Shown here: positions 55,401-64,000 of the stretch, piece by piece
How positions within the stretch are numbered: the stretch's first letter is position 1
How the letters are laid out: each line of letters begins with the position of its first letter
Assembly (NCBI GenBank): GCA_958428295.1
Contig: CAUAFL010000006.1
Location: 11,745 to 75,744 of the forward strand
Origin: an uncultured Bacillota bacterium
GTDB lineage: Bacteria; Bacillota_I; Bacilli_A; RF39; UBA660
Direction of reading: 5' to 3'
Length of the DNA: 64,000 nucleotides
Notes under the pieces: model-generated
Told to the model about the DNA's origin: nothing
Databases searched by the model: none
What the model saw: the letters and a program-made list of their open reading frames with translations, nothing else
Made by a program: the position numbers and the translations under genes

Positions 55401-55865
55401 TAAATGTGATACGGCACTTAAATCCATCACTTGTTGGACAGAGCTAAAAGCAAGCATCGCAAAACCGGTACTACGTGCTGCATAAATGTCTTGGTGATCA
55501 CCAAAAATTGATAAGGCATGCGTTGCTAAACTACGAGCTGCCACATGAATTACACAAGGGAGCAATTCCCCTGCCATCTTATACATGTTGGGTAACATCA
55601 ATAATAACCCTTGACTAGCCGTATAAGTAGTCGTCAAACACCCAGCTTGCAATGAACCATGAACTAACCCTGCTGCGCCTTTCTCACTTTGCATCTCAAC
55701 CACTTTAACTGGTTGCTGAAAATAATTGAATTTTTTCTCATTAGCCCATTTATCCACTAATTCTGCCATAGGAGAAGCTGGAGTAATGGGATAAATTCCT
55801 GCTACTTCCGTAAAATTATAAGAAACATAGCTGCATGCTTCATTCCCATCCATGATTTTTTTCAT
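52431..55865 (-). CDS. nifJ: Pyruvate:ferredoxin (flavodoxin) oxidoreductase
   Basis: 1144 aa. MDGNEA...IYPITPASPM. Two 4Fe-4S CxxCxxCxxxCP motifs. GGDGW TPP site. Confidence 0.9.
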   Translation of the reverse strand: MKKIMDGNEACSYVSYNFTEVAGIYPITPASPMAELVDKWANEKKFNYFQQPVKVVEMQSEKGAAGLVHGSLQAGCLTTTYTASQGLLLMLPNMYKMAGELLPCVIHVAARSLATHALSIFGDHQDIYAARSTGFAMLAFSSVQQVMDLSAVSHLAAIEGRVPFLDFFDGFRTSHELQKIDVIDTDKLKALVDKQALEEFRKRALHPDNPVTRGTAENDDIYFQATEVRNSYYLALPDIVNSYMQKINDLTGKNYAPFNYYGSKKATKVIVAMGSISETIKETVDYLLQQQQEVGFVEVHLYRPFSTEYFLKALPKTVVKVAVLDRTKEPGSAGEPLFLDVSNVLSGIRPEIQVVGGRYGLSSKNTTPAMVKAVYDFLSNPQRDEFTIGIIDDVTHLSLPVEEDFKIVKKEETAFLVYGYGSDGMVSACKDLMKITGGATNAYVQGYFQYDSKKSGGVTISHLRFSKQPIRSTYYVEQAKLVVCTQDSYLDKFDVFHALTPHAVFLLNTSMTKEEVLKHLSKEVKDLLVSRQIKFYIVDASSIAKKVGLGNKISAIMESLIFKFGHIIDYDYALKAMEDTLHKRFEAKSNALAEKNIQAIKQAIEACQFVEISQDQQDYIPVQEVRNTVFAIIDRREGNTLPVSQFLERPDGTVEGGLSRLEKRDISEVAPRFIKENCITCNLCSLVCPHAVIRPFLLNQQEVEGSPASLSKELIPTSLGESYYYTVGISLKDCTGCGLCVAVCPGKKHQKALELVSKEKMMTVEKLEETDYLFTEVSTKEVLSPNTIKGSQFRRPRFEFSGACAGCGETPYLKLLTQLFGDRLMIANATGCSSIYGASSPSTPYSIPWANSLFEDNAEFGYGMKIADEVKKSQIKMLIEKNLSKIEETEREIYQNYVTEITEETAKALLAVVDHSRIRALKVLKKYIAPISLWMVGGDGWAYDIGYDGIDHVLASGDNINILVLDTEVYSNTGGQASKSSRLGAVCKFASNGKKIPKKDLAKIALTYPHVYVGCISLGANPAATIKVLLEAEAYQGPSLIIAYSPCIAQGILQGMSNSLEEMKKAATSGYFPIFHYHPETQKLIMDSKVDFSTYSEFLQGEDRYRSLNKINRSEAASLLQANLEHAEERYQYYQMKANTEKKE

Positions 55866-55946
55866 CTTATCACTCTTTCTAACTTTATTACTATTATATA
55901 ATAAAATTTCTTCTTTTAGCTATCCAAATTGAAAAAACTAGTATTG

Positions 55947-57197
55947 CTAGCTTACAATCTGTTCTAACCTAGCAACATTAGTCATCGACTGCACGGTATA
56001 ACGTGGCACTTTATAAGGATCAATTCCTGGCGTTACCTTTCTGGAACCACCAATAAAAGATATTTTAAAACCTGCTCGTTTCACCAACTCAATAGAGTAA
56101 TCACTATATTCATAAAAGGGAAAACTAAGGGCCACAGTCTGATTTAAAGTATCCCGACTAGCTTTTAAATCTTTTAAAATAACATCTTCCGAAAGACAAT
56201 TAATTCCCCCACCCTGCCCAGTAGGACAAACTCCTGTATCGTGCATATTATGCGTATGACTAGCAATTTCTAAATAAGGAGAAGCAAATTTCTCTTTAGG
56301 ATACCAAGAACTAACTAAAAATAAAGTGGCGTTCAACTTATATTCTTCTAAAAAAGGTAAAAAGTTCTCTACTCGCGCCCCATCATCAATCGTAATCAAC
56401 AATGACTTTTTGGGAAAACGCAAACTTCCCGTGATAAACTTTAACATTTCATCAGTAGTTAGAGTCATATACCCTTGCTCTTTCAAATAGCCAAAATGAC
56501 TACGTATTTGATCCTCACTATGACAAATCATCTCTTGACAACTACTATCACCTGTTAAATAAATAAAATGATACAAAATCGTAGCGATCCTACTAGTCGT
56601 CTCTACTTGACTATTCTTTTGCTCCACTACTTTTACAACTTGCTCCTTTGGTACAAAAACAAGTTGAGAAAACAGTGAAATACCATAAAAATCTTCCTCA
56701 TTTTCAATCACCGTCGCTTCCACCGGACTATCTAACTGAAATAACACCTCACCACTACGATTCATAAAAGTCGATTTTGCCTGGGTAATAATTTTTAAAT
56801 CAAAAGGCACATATTTTAAATAACGCTGATCCATTTGCTCTTTTGTTGGGATAACTACCTCATAAGGAACATAATAAGAACTATCTTTAATTTTAAAATA
56901 AGGAACTTCCGCCTGGAAAGTAGCTACTTCCTCCAAAGAAATTACCATTCCTTTAGAAAGAGATCCCTTTTTTTGATACTTTTTATCAACAAACTGATAA
57001 AGAGCACTATCTTTTGTAATAACAACCAAAGAACTATAATGATCCTTCATAGACTTGACTAAAGACTGCTGTTGTTTGTTACTCTGCTTTTTCTTTGTGT
57101 TTTCTTTTTCTTGTTGATATTTTAAATAAAAACCACTACCCAGCAATATACTTCCTAACACAAACAAACATAAAACTAACCACCATTTACGCTTCAT
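55947..57197 (-). CDS. Membrane-anchored polysaccharide deacetylase (NodB domain)
   Basis: N-terminal TM. LITIDDGARV...ASHTHNMH. Confidence 0.7.
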   Translation of the reverse strand: MKRKWWLVLCLFVLGSILLGSGFYLKYQQEKENTKKKQSNKQQQSLVKSMKDHYSSLVVITKDSALYQFVDKKYQKKGSLSKGMVISLEEVATFQAEVPYFKIKDSSYYVPYEVVIPTKEQMDQRYLKYVPFDLKIITQAKSTFMNRSGEVLFQLDSPVEATVIENEEDFYGISLFSQLVFVPKEQVVKVVEQKNSQVETTSRIATILYHFIYLTGDSSCQEMICHSEDQIRSHFGYLKEQGYMTLTTDEMLKFITGSLRFPKKSLLITIDDGARVENFLPFLEEYKLNATLFLVSSWYPKEKFASPYLEIASHTHNMHDTGVCPTGQGGGINCLSEDVILKDLKASRDTLNQTVALSFPFYEYSDYSIELVKRAGFKISFIGGSRKVTPGIDPYKVPRYTVQSMTNVARLEQIVS

Positions 57198-57289
57198 CTC
57201 TCACTCTCAACCTCCTATTATTTTTATCTAATCACAATAAAGACAAAATAACAAGTGATTATTCATATACTTTAACAGAAGGTGATAAA

Positions 57290-57889
57290 ATGGACGGTTA
57301 TATTACAGGATTAATGACTAATCTAGGCTACTTTGGCATGTTTCTAGGCATGGTACTAGAAGCAGTGATTATTATTATTCCCAGTGAATTAATACTCGCT
57401 ACGGGCGGTATTCTAGCTAGTCAAGGCATTTTTAGTTTTTTAATGGCTTTTTTAATAGGTATCATAGGAAGTGTTTTCTGTGCGATTATCATTTATGCCA
57501 TGGGCTATTATGGTGGAAGGCCCTTTGTTAAAAAATATGGTAAATTCTTTTTCATGAAAGAAGAAGATATTGAAAAATGTGACGCCTGGTTTGCTAAATA
57601 TGGCTCCTGGGCTGCCTTTCTAGGACGCAATTTTCCCATTATTAGAACACTAATCTCCCTACCAATGGGAATTAGTAAAGTTTCTTTTCCCAAATTTGTA
57701 CTTTACACAACACTAGGATCTATCCCTTGGACTTTTGCTTTTGTCTATGTAGGTTATGCCTTAGGTAGTAATTGGATTGTCCTTGATCATTTTGTCAAAA
57801 AATTAAAGGTTCCTATTTATATACTACTTATCCTATTAATTGTCTCTTATTTATACAAAAAAATAAAAAAGAAATGGCAAAAATCATAA
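57290..57889 (+). CDS. dedA: DedA-family membrane protein
   Basis: PSELILATGG...GRNFPIIRTLISLPMG. The ATG at 57290 follows the GGTGA SD. The track start at 57095 overlaps the divergent gene. Confidence 0.8.
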   Translation: MDGYITGLMTNLGYFGMFLGMVLEAVIIIIPSELILATGGILASQGIFSFLMAFLIGIIGSVFCAIIIYAMGYYGGRPFVKKYGKFFFMKEEDIEKCDAWFAKYGSWAAFLGRNFPIIRTLISLPMGISKVSFPKFVLYTTLGSIPWTFAFVYVGYALGSNWIVLDHFVKKLKVPIYILLILLIVSYLYKKIKKKWQKS

Positions 57890-58126
57890 CCACTTCCCTT
57901 ATCGAAAAATAAAATCATTACGATGCTGTCATAGAAGCATCTTCATTAGAAACACCATTAACATAAAAGTGAATTTTACTTTGTCCATGGTCAAAAACAT
58001 AAGCCTCTCTCATCCAATTACTAGCAACTATCTTAGTACCACCACTAGTCCAGTCTACTGTACCATTATTCCACATAAGTTTTGAGTATTTTTTCATAAT
58101 TAATAATAAGCAATTTATTATAATAT

Positions 58127-58990
58127 CTATTGATCATTTCTTGAACAAGTATAACCTGAATTTTTCAAAGTTTGTTCAATAGTAGAGATATTCTGATCAA
58201 GTTCATAACTAGGATAAAATCCCTCAAATTCAGCAATATTCTGAGAAATAGACTTTATATCTAACTTCGTATAATCAATCTCTTGCACCGTCTTTTGGAT
58301 AGTAGCACTCACTGTACAACTAGCACTCATACCTACAACACCTGTTAATACGGATTTCAAATGATCACAATCTTGTTGCTTTTCTGTTAAAATTTGATTG
58401 TCTTTCGCTTGCTCTGTCAATCTATTTGTTGTAGTAGTCTCTGTCTTCTTCAGCTTATTGGTAGTATAATGAAACAAAGTTGAGACTGTATAAGTAAGAT
58501 CATTACTTGTCTTTGTTAAAGAACAGGTCATCGTCCCTGTTTTCATCGAACCGTCGTCACCTTTTTTATTTTTATAATCTGTAATAAAATTAGTAATCTG
58601 TGGCAATAAAAGAACAAAGACAATCAAAAAGACAAATAATAAAATAAGTAAAATATTAGGTCCTTTTTTTGATGGTTTTTCTACCGGAGTCACAGTGGTA
58701 TGAACCGGTGGAACATTACTCCCTTTTTCTTCCTGTTTATCAGAAGTAGATTGGAATGCTGCTACCTCTTTCGCTCTTTCAACTTTAACCACTTGCGGTT
58801 TGCTATCTGCCCGCGGTGTTGTTTGATAACTATTCGCACCGATCATTGCAGCATCCGTTGCAGAAGGGATCTCCACTTCTGCCTCCGTAGGAATAACAAC
58901 ATCACTAGTAGGTATTTCACTAGTCTTTTGAGATCCCATTGTTTGGTTTGTAAGTTCTATCTTTTCCTTCTTTTCTTCATTCATAAACAA
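58127..58990 (-). CDS. Single-pass membrane protein, unknown function
   Basis: Pro/Thr/Glu-rich N-terminal region, one TM helix, extracellular Thr-rich domain with Cys residues. Confidence 0.5.
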   Translation of the reverse strand: MFMNEEKKEKIELTNQTMGSQKTSEIPTSDVVIPTEAEVEIPSATDAAMIGANSYQTTPRADSKPQVVKVERAKEVAAFQSTSDKQEEKGSNVPPVHTTVTPVEKPSKKGPNILLILLFVFLIVFVLLLPQITNFITDYKNKKGDDGSMKTGTMTCSLTKTSNDLTYTVSTLFHYTTNKLKKTETTTTNRLTEQAKDNQILTEKQQDCDHLKSVLTGVVGMSASCTVSATIQKTVQEIDYTKLDIKSISQNIAEFEGFYPSYELDQNISTIEQTLKNSGYTCSRNDQ

Positions 58991-59024
58991 CCCTCCTTAT
59001 TCTCATACAGTATAACATAAAATC

Positions 59025-59663
59025 TTAGTAACGTAAATTATTGATTGCTTCCTGCATATGATGACTATTTACGATATAACTACCACTAACAACCATATCT
59101 ACTTGCTCTTTTACCTTGTTAATACTCTCCTTCGTAATTCCTCCATCCACACTAACTTTAATAGAAAATTGTGGATAAGACTTTAACAAGGCTTTTACTT
59201 CGCCAATCTTAGCGATGGCACTATCCCTAAAAGACTGCCCCCCAGCACCGGGTTCCACAGCCATCACTAAAATTAAATCAAGATAAGGTAAATAAGGAAC
59301 AATTTCTGCAACCGGCGTTTCTGTCTTTAGACAAAGACCTGCTTTAATGGCATAACTTTTAATGAGTTGTAAAGATTTTAAAACCACCTCATCCTCTAGT
59401 TCACTATGAATTGTTAAATACTCTGTATTTAAACTAGCATAATTCTCAATAAACTTTTGAGGTTTTTCAACCATTAAGTGAACATCAAGACGTTTCGATG
59501 TAAACTTATAAATATGACGCATTTCTTTAAAAGGCATTGTTTTTTGTTTTACAAATTTCCCATCCATAACATCAACATGAATAAAATCAACATCTGTCTC
59601 ATTTAATACTTTTAACGTTTGAGGAATATTGTCACTACTCAAAAAAGAAGCACTCACTAACAT
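59025..59663 (-). CDS. rpe: Ribulose-phosphate 3-epimerase
   Basis: HVDVMDGKFV, HLMV, MAVEPGAGGQ, VDGGI. Confidence 0.9.
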   Translation of the reverse strand: MLVSASFLSSDNIPQTLKVLNETDVDFIHVDVMDGKFVKQKTMPFKEMRHIYKFTSKRLDVHLMVEKPQKFIENYASLNTEYLTIHSELEDEVVLKSLQLIKSYAIKAGLCLKTETPVAEIVPYLPYLDLILVMAVEPGAGGQSFRDSAIAKIGEVKALLKSYPQFSIKVSVDGGITKESINKVKEQVDMVVSGSYIVNSHHMQEAINNLRY

Positions 59664-60493
59664 TTCTTTCCCTCCTCTAAAAATCGCAAATAACTTTGAT
59701 AACGGCTTTCTAAAATCAACCCCTCTTGTACTGCCTCTTTAACAGCACACTGGTTTTCTTTTGTGTGAGAACAATTTCGAAAGGGACAGGAATATTGAGC
59801 AAATTCAACAAAAGCAGAACGAATTTGTTCCTTTGTAAATTCATGAAAATCAAGGGCTGAAAAACCAGGTGTATCAAGTACCTTTCCTCCATTAAAATGA
59901 TAAAGCTCCACATTGCGAGTCGTATGCTTACCACGACCTAGACTTTCTGAAATCGCATCGGTTTTAAGCTCCCAAGAAGGTTGCAATTGATTAAGTAATG
60001 TAGACTTTCCCGCTCCTGTTTGGCCAGTAAAAACACTAGTTTTATTTTTCAGTAATTCTTTTATTAAATCTAGTTGGCGATTAAAGACCACCTGATAGCC
60101 CAGCTTTTGGTAGTAAGCAAAGAAAGGACGAAGTTTCTCTAATTGACACGCTTGCATAAGATCTTCCTTAGAAAGACAAATAACACTATCGACTTTATGT
60201 AATTCCATTAACGTCAGAAAGCGATCTAAAAGACCTGATGAAAAATCTGGTTTTACTAAGCTAGTAACAATAAACGCCTGATCAATATTACTCACTAATG
60301 GTCGCACAAACTCATTGCGACGTGGCAAAATTTTATCAATTGTTTTCGTTTGCTCATCAAAGACAACATAATCGCCAACCCGTGGTAAAATTTTATCTTT
60401 GCGAAAAATCCCTCGAGGAATTAAGGTATAAACTTGCCCCTTACTTTCTACCTGGTGATGATTACTACTGATTTTAATAATCTGTCCTTGCAT
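59657..60493 (-). CDS. rsgA: Ribosome small-subunit-dependent GTPase A
   Basis: OB-fold N-terminus. GQTGAGKSTLLN, DTPGF. C-terminal CPFRNCSHTKENQC zinc knuckle. Confidence 0.9.
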   Translation of the reverse strand: MQGQIIKISSNHHQVESKGQVYTLIPRGIFRKDKILPRVGDYVVFDEQTKTIDKILPRRNEFVRPLVSNIDQAFIVTSLVKPDFSSGLLDRFLTLMELHKVDSVICLSKEDLMQACQLEKLRPFFAYYQKLGYQVVFNRQLDLIKELLKNKTSVFTGQTGAGKSTLLNQLQPSWELKTDAISESLGRGKHTTRNVELYHFNGGKVLDTPGFSALDFHEFTKEQIRSAFVEFAQYSCPFRNCSHTKENQCAVKEAVQEGLILESRYQSYLRFLEEGKKC

Positions 60494-60501
60494 AACTCCC
60501 C

Positions 60502-62292
60502 CTAACTAGTTTTCTTATCAGTTTGATTACTAGTCCCTCCTGTTGTACTATCAGCAGTAGGATTATTATTGTTGTTATCAGAAGAAGAGCCATTCGTAGG
60601 ATTGTTATTATTAACTACTGGTTTTTTAGCAACAGTCACAGTGATAGAAGCACCACTAACAATAGGACTGCCAGCAGCACGAGACTGCCGTATCACCTTG
60701 CCCTCCTCATAAGCGGTCGTTTCTTCTTCCTTAATTGTTAAATTTAAATTATATTTCATCGCAAAATCTTCGGCATCTTCGCGTGACCAATTTTGTTCCT
60801 GCATATCTGGATAGGTCTCCGTAATATTAGGAATATATAAAGTGATACTATCTCCCTTGGCTAATTTCTGGCCCTTAACCACACTTTGACCGATAATCTC
60901 TTGTTCGTCATAAGAACGTTCTGTATCAACATCGCGTTTTTCAACGGTTACCTTAAGACCGTAGACACTTTCTAATTCCGTTTGAATAGCAATATAATTT
61001 TTTCCTGTATAATCTTCTACCGTATATTTACTTTCTCCTGTCGAACGATATAAGGTAATGGTCGTTCCCTTTTTAAGACTTCTTCCAGCCTCCGGATCCG
61101 TTTTCACAATCTTACCCTTGGCTATTTCATCATTACTAACATCCTTGATTTTAGCTGCCACTTCAAAACCTTTATCCTGTAACTTTTTTTCAGCTTTAGA
61201 AACACTAAGACCCGCAACATCCGGTACCTTAATATCTGGTTCTCCCATAATAGCAGGTACTACAAAGAAAATAATCAAGCAAAGTGCCACAATGGCAGAA
61301 GCCACAAGTGCTAATATCTTCACTACTTTATTTGTTTTCTTTACTTCTTCATCAACAATAGGAGTAGCAATCGCCTCTTCTGAAGTATCTAACTTTTTCA
61401 TAATTTTAGTTGTTTCGTCTACTTCATGTTCTGGATAAGGATAAGCATATGGTTCTTCCGTCATCCGATCATCATTTAAGGCCGTTAACAAGTCACTATG
61501 CATTTCCTTGACATCATGATAACGATTTTTAGGATTTTTAGCGGTTGCTTTCAAAATAACATTCTCAATACTTTGAGGAATGTCTTTATTACTCTCATGA
61601 ACATCAGGAAGCGGATCCTTCATTTGCTTCAAAGCGATCTCTACGGCACTATCTCCTTTAAAAGGTAGTTCACCCGTCAATAACTCATAAAAAATAATTC
61701 CCATCGAGTAAATATCACTCTTAATAGTAGAGCCTTTGCCAGCTGCTTGTTCTGGTGGTAAATAATGAACTGAACCCATCACAGAATTTGTTTGCGTCAA
61801 CTGTGTAGAATTTAAAGCCATAGCAATCCCAAAATCCGTGATTTTTATTTGTCCATCATCCTGGATCATAATATTTTGTGGCTTTAAATCACGATGAACA
61901 ATATAGCTATCATGTGCATGAGCCATACCATCGGTAAGTTGTAACATGATATCAATCGCTTCACTAAGCGTAAGACTTCCTCGTTTTTTCAACAATTGTT
62001 TTAATGTTTTTCCTTCTACATATTCCATAACAATATAATAAAGGCCATTATCTTCTCCAACATCGTACATGGCAACAATATTAGGATGTGATAAACTAGA
62101 AGCAGAAAGTGCCTCTCGCTGAAAACGACGAACAAACTTCTCATCGGTTGATAAGTCACCACGTAACACTTTAATGGCTACATTTCTATCTAAAATAGTA
62201 TCATAACCAAGATAGACATTCGCCATACCACCTTCACCAATCGTTTTGATTATCTCATAACGATCATTTATTTTTTGCCCCTTTACAATCAC
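60502..62292 (-). CDS. prkC: Ser/Thr protein kinase with PASTA repeats (PrkC)
   Basis: GEGGMANVY, HRDLKPQN, DFGIA. One TM helix, three PASTA-like repeats, Asn/Ser/Thr-rich tail. Confidence 0.9.
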   Translation of the reverse strand: MIVKGQKINDRYEIIKTIGEGGMANVYLGYDTILDRNVAIKVLRGDLSTDEKFVRRFQREALSASSLSHPNIVAMYDVGEDNGLYYIVMEYVEGKTLKQLLKKRGSLTLSEAIDIMLQLTDGMAHAHDSYIVHRDLKPQNIMIQDDGQIKITDFGIAMALNSTQLTQTNSVMGSVHYLPPEQAAGKGSTIKSDIYSMGIIFYELLTGELPFKGDSAVEIALKQMKDPLPDVHESNKDIPQSIENVILKATAKNPKNRYHDVKEMHSDLLTALNDDRMTEEPYAYPYPEHEVDETTKIMKKLDTSEEAIATPIVDEEVKKTNKVVKILALVASAIVALCLIIFFVVPAIMGEPDIKVPDVAGLSVSKAEKKLQDKGFEVAAKIKDVSNDEIAKGKIVKTDPEAGRSLKKGTTITLYRSTGESKYTVEDYTGKNYIAIQTELESVYGLKVTVEKRDVDTERSYDEQEIIGQSVVKGQKLAKGDSITLYIPNITETYPDMQEQNWSREDAEDFAMKYNLNLTIKEEETTAYEEGKVIRQSRAAGSPIVSGASITVTVAKKPVVNNNNPTNGSSSDNNNNNPTADSTTGGTSNQTDKKTS

Positions 62293-63036
62293 TTATACGT
62301 CACCTTCTTCTCTTAATTCTAAATACGCCACTGAAATATTATCCGTGCCACCTCGATTATTAGCCTTCCGGATTAACTTGATGACTTTATCCTCTATATC
62401 ACCATCTGATACTAATACCTTCTCAATTTGTTCTTCCTCTAACATATTAGTAAGGCCATCACTAGATAACAAAATAGCCTCAATATCCATATCACAATCA
62501 AATACATCTATATCAATTGGATCATTCGCTCCTAAAGCTTTCATCAACACATTTTTCTTAGGATGATCTTTTGCTTCCTCTTTTGTTAATTCTCCTGCCG
62601 AAACTAGTAAATTAACTAAGGTATGATCATAAGTCACCTTATGAAGATGAGCCTCTTTCATAACAAAACCAGAAGAATCGCCAATATTACCAAATAAAAT
62701 ATACTCCTTAGTCACAATTGCAGTTACCAAAGTTGTTCCCATCCCCTTACTTTCAGGATGATTTTTTTCATGTTTAAAAATTAAACTATTAATTTCATTG
62801 ACACTATCACGTAACCAGGTAACAGCTTCTAATTTTGTCATATTAAAAAACGTCTCATTAAAATGTTTCCCTAAATAAGTAATCGCAATAGAAGAAGCAA
62901 CTTCCCCCGCTGAATGACCCCCCATTCCATCAGCAATCGCCATTAATACTTCTTCTTGATTATTCTTAACAATCAAGACACTATCTTCATTGTGATCTCG
63001 TACTTTGCCAGCATCGGTTAAATAGAAAGACCTCAT
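62293..63036 (-). CDS. prpC: PP2C-family Ser/Thr phosphatase (PrpC/Stp)
   Basis: RDHNEDS, ADGMGGH, SSDGL, DNISV. Confidence 0.9.
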   Translation of the reverse strand: MRSFYLTDAGKVRDHNEDSVLIVKNNQEEVLMAIADGMGGHSAGEVASSIAITYLGKHFNETFFNMTKLEAVTWLRDSVNEINSLIFKHEKNHPESKGMGTTLVTAIVTKEYILFGNIGDSSGFVMKEAHLHKVTYDHTLVNLLVSAGELTKEEAKDHPKKNVLMKALGANDPIDIDVFDCDMDIEAILLSSDGLTNMLEEEQIEKVLVSDGDIEDKVIKLIRKANNRGGTDNISVAYLELREEGDV

Positions 63037-64000
63037 ACTTCCTCCTTTTTACTTCTAAGTTGTCCACAAGCAGCGCTAATCTTTCGACCAAACTCACGCC
63101 GTATGGTCACACATATTTTATTTTTCTTTAGTATATCATAAAACTTAGCAATTTGAATAGTACTACTTCTAGCAAATTGTAAAGAAGCTGTTTCATTATA
63201 AGGGATTAAATTAACATAGGCATTGATACCCTTTAATAAATTAACTAGAGCAAGAGCATCTTCCTCCCGATCGTTAACGCCACTTAATAATATATATTCA
63301 AAAGTCAACCTACGATGCGTCATAGCTACATATTCCTTGAGTACAGAAAGTAACTCCTTAAGTGGATACACCTTAGTAATAGGCATCAATTTTTTTCTAA
63401 GATCATCATTTGCTGCATGCAAACTAATCGCTAGATTTACCTGATAAGGAAAATGCATAAATTCTCTAATTTTAGGAACAATTCCACAAGTAGAAATCGT
63501 AATATGCCGAGCTCCAATCGCTAGCCCCTTACAATGATTCACAATTTCAATCATACGACAGATATTATCATAATTGTCAAAAGGCTCCCCAATTCCCATC
63601 ACTACAATATGACTGATTCGACTTCCACAATTTTCTTCCACCAATAAAATTTGTTCTACCATCTCTCCAGCTGTTAAATCACGAACTTTTTTACGGCGTC
63701 CTGATTCACAAAATTTACAGCCCATATTACAACCAACTTGACTGGAAATACATAAAGATAAACCATAATCGTGGTACATCAACACAGCTTCAATATGTTC
63801 ATGATCAGCTAAAGTAAATAAGTATTTTTTTACATCCTTATCTTCTTCAACCGTATGAATTTTAACAGTTTGAAAAACAAATTCCCGCTTTAGGCGATCT
63901 CTTGTTTCTTTTTTCAAATTAGTTGCTTCCTCAATCATCGTAATCCGTTTTTGATACAACCATTCAAATAATTGCTGGGCATAAAATTTTTTTTCTCCCT
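63033..64000 (-). CDS. rlmN: 23S rRNA/tRNA (adenine-C2)-methyltransferase RlmN; N-terminus beyond window end
   Basis: Radical-SAM CNMGCKFC. MGIGEP. C-terminal CGQL. The frame stays open to 64000 (...FYAQQLFEWLYQKRI). Confidence 0.9.
   Translation of the reverse strand, partial: GEKKFYAQQLFEWLYQKRITMIEEATNLKKETRDRLKREFVFQTVKIHTVEEDKDVKKYLFTLADHEHIEAVLMYHDYGLSLCISSQVGCNMGCKFCESGRRKKVRDLTAGEMVEQILLVEENCGSRISHIVVMGIGEPFDNYDNICRMIEIVNHCKGLAIGARHITISTCGIVPKIREFMHFPYQVNLAISLHAANDDLRKKLMPITKVYPLKELLSVLKEYVAMTHRRLTFEYILLSGVNDREEDALALVNLLKGINAYVNLIPYNETASLQFARSSTIQIAKFYDILKKNKICVTIRREFGRKISAACGQLRSKKEEV

Noticed and set aside
1-64000. Alternative genetic code (TGA=Trp, Mollicutes-like) suggested by the very low GC
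   Set aside because: Long housekeeping ORFs (PFOR at 1144 aa, PpdK, RecG, PrkC) are intact under the standard code. TGA also ends real ORFs, for example the leader ORF at 18108 and the RHH gene at 11937.

Overview
64-kb chromosomal window from a low-GC Firmicute that uses the standard code. It carries sporulation-type genes (sigK, yqeG-yqeH, prpC-prkC-rsgA-rpe, a BclA-like collagen protein). Almost every gene is on the minus strand. Core genes recognised from the translations: yqeH, yqeG, two NodB-type deacetylases, sigK, ppdK, tRNA-His(GUG), tspO, an hsp20 with a CIRCE operator, a Bce-type peptide-antibiotic module (ABC ATPase, FtsX-like permease, OmpR-type regulator, intramembrane kinase), a compact metK, recG, PFOR (nifJ), dedA, rpe, rsgA, prkC, prpC and rlmN (partial). 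Three blocks that look more AT-rich by eye interrupt the core. (1) 1 to about 20.4 kb is one arm of a Gram-positive conjugative element. It carries a T4CP, a MOB_P-like relaxase with RHH accessory proteins, an M23 hydrolase, VirB4, PrgI/VirB3-like and VirB6-like proteins, a sortase with a thioester-domain adhesin, a short SSB, an ArpU/sigma-like regulator and two XRE-type HTH genes. It ends next to a 5'-truncated collagen-like gene. (2) 29.3-31.2 kb is an islet directly 3' of tRNA-His, with one orphan gene and one broken gene. (3) About 40.0-48.3 kb is a decaying integrative-element remnant. It has an XRE repressor, a small xis-like ORF, Fic and glutamine-amidotransferase genes each killed by one in-frame TAA, and an intact GNAT, twin ABC exporters and a HAD hydrolase. 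No integrase, CRISPR array, rRNA or IS element is visible. The most unusual signals are listed here. First, a structure-dense leader of about 670 nt upstream of the element's sigma-like regulator, with stacked terminator-like hairpins and a strong-SD upstream ORF that contains a terminator and overlaps the regulator start (ATGA). Second, a hairpin-packed 300-bp non-coding block bounded by two copies of TTAGGCCTAAA (oriT candidate), which shares a 12-mer with the leader. Third, an element-specific GGGGG Shine-Dalgarno and stop-SD-start junction, with two genes apparently lacking a canonical start codon. Fourth, an adhesin with a non-LPXTG sorting signal. Fifth, an orphan promoter, structured RNA and terminator unit at 52.26-52.40 kb. 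I did not find a clearly new multi-gene system such as a defence system. All functional calls come from motif recognition by eye and need database confirmation.
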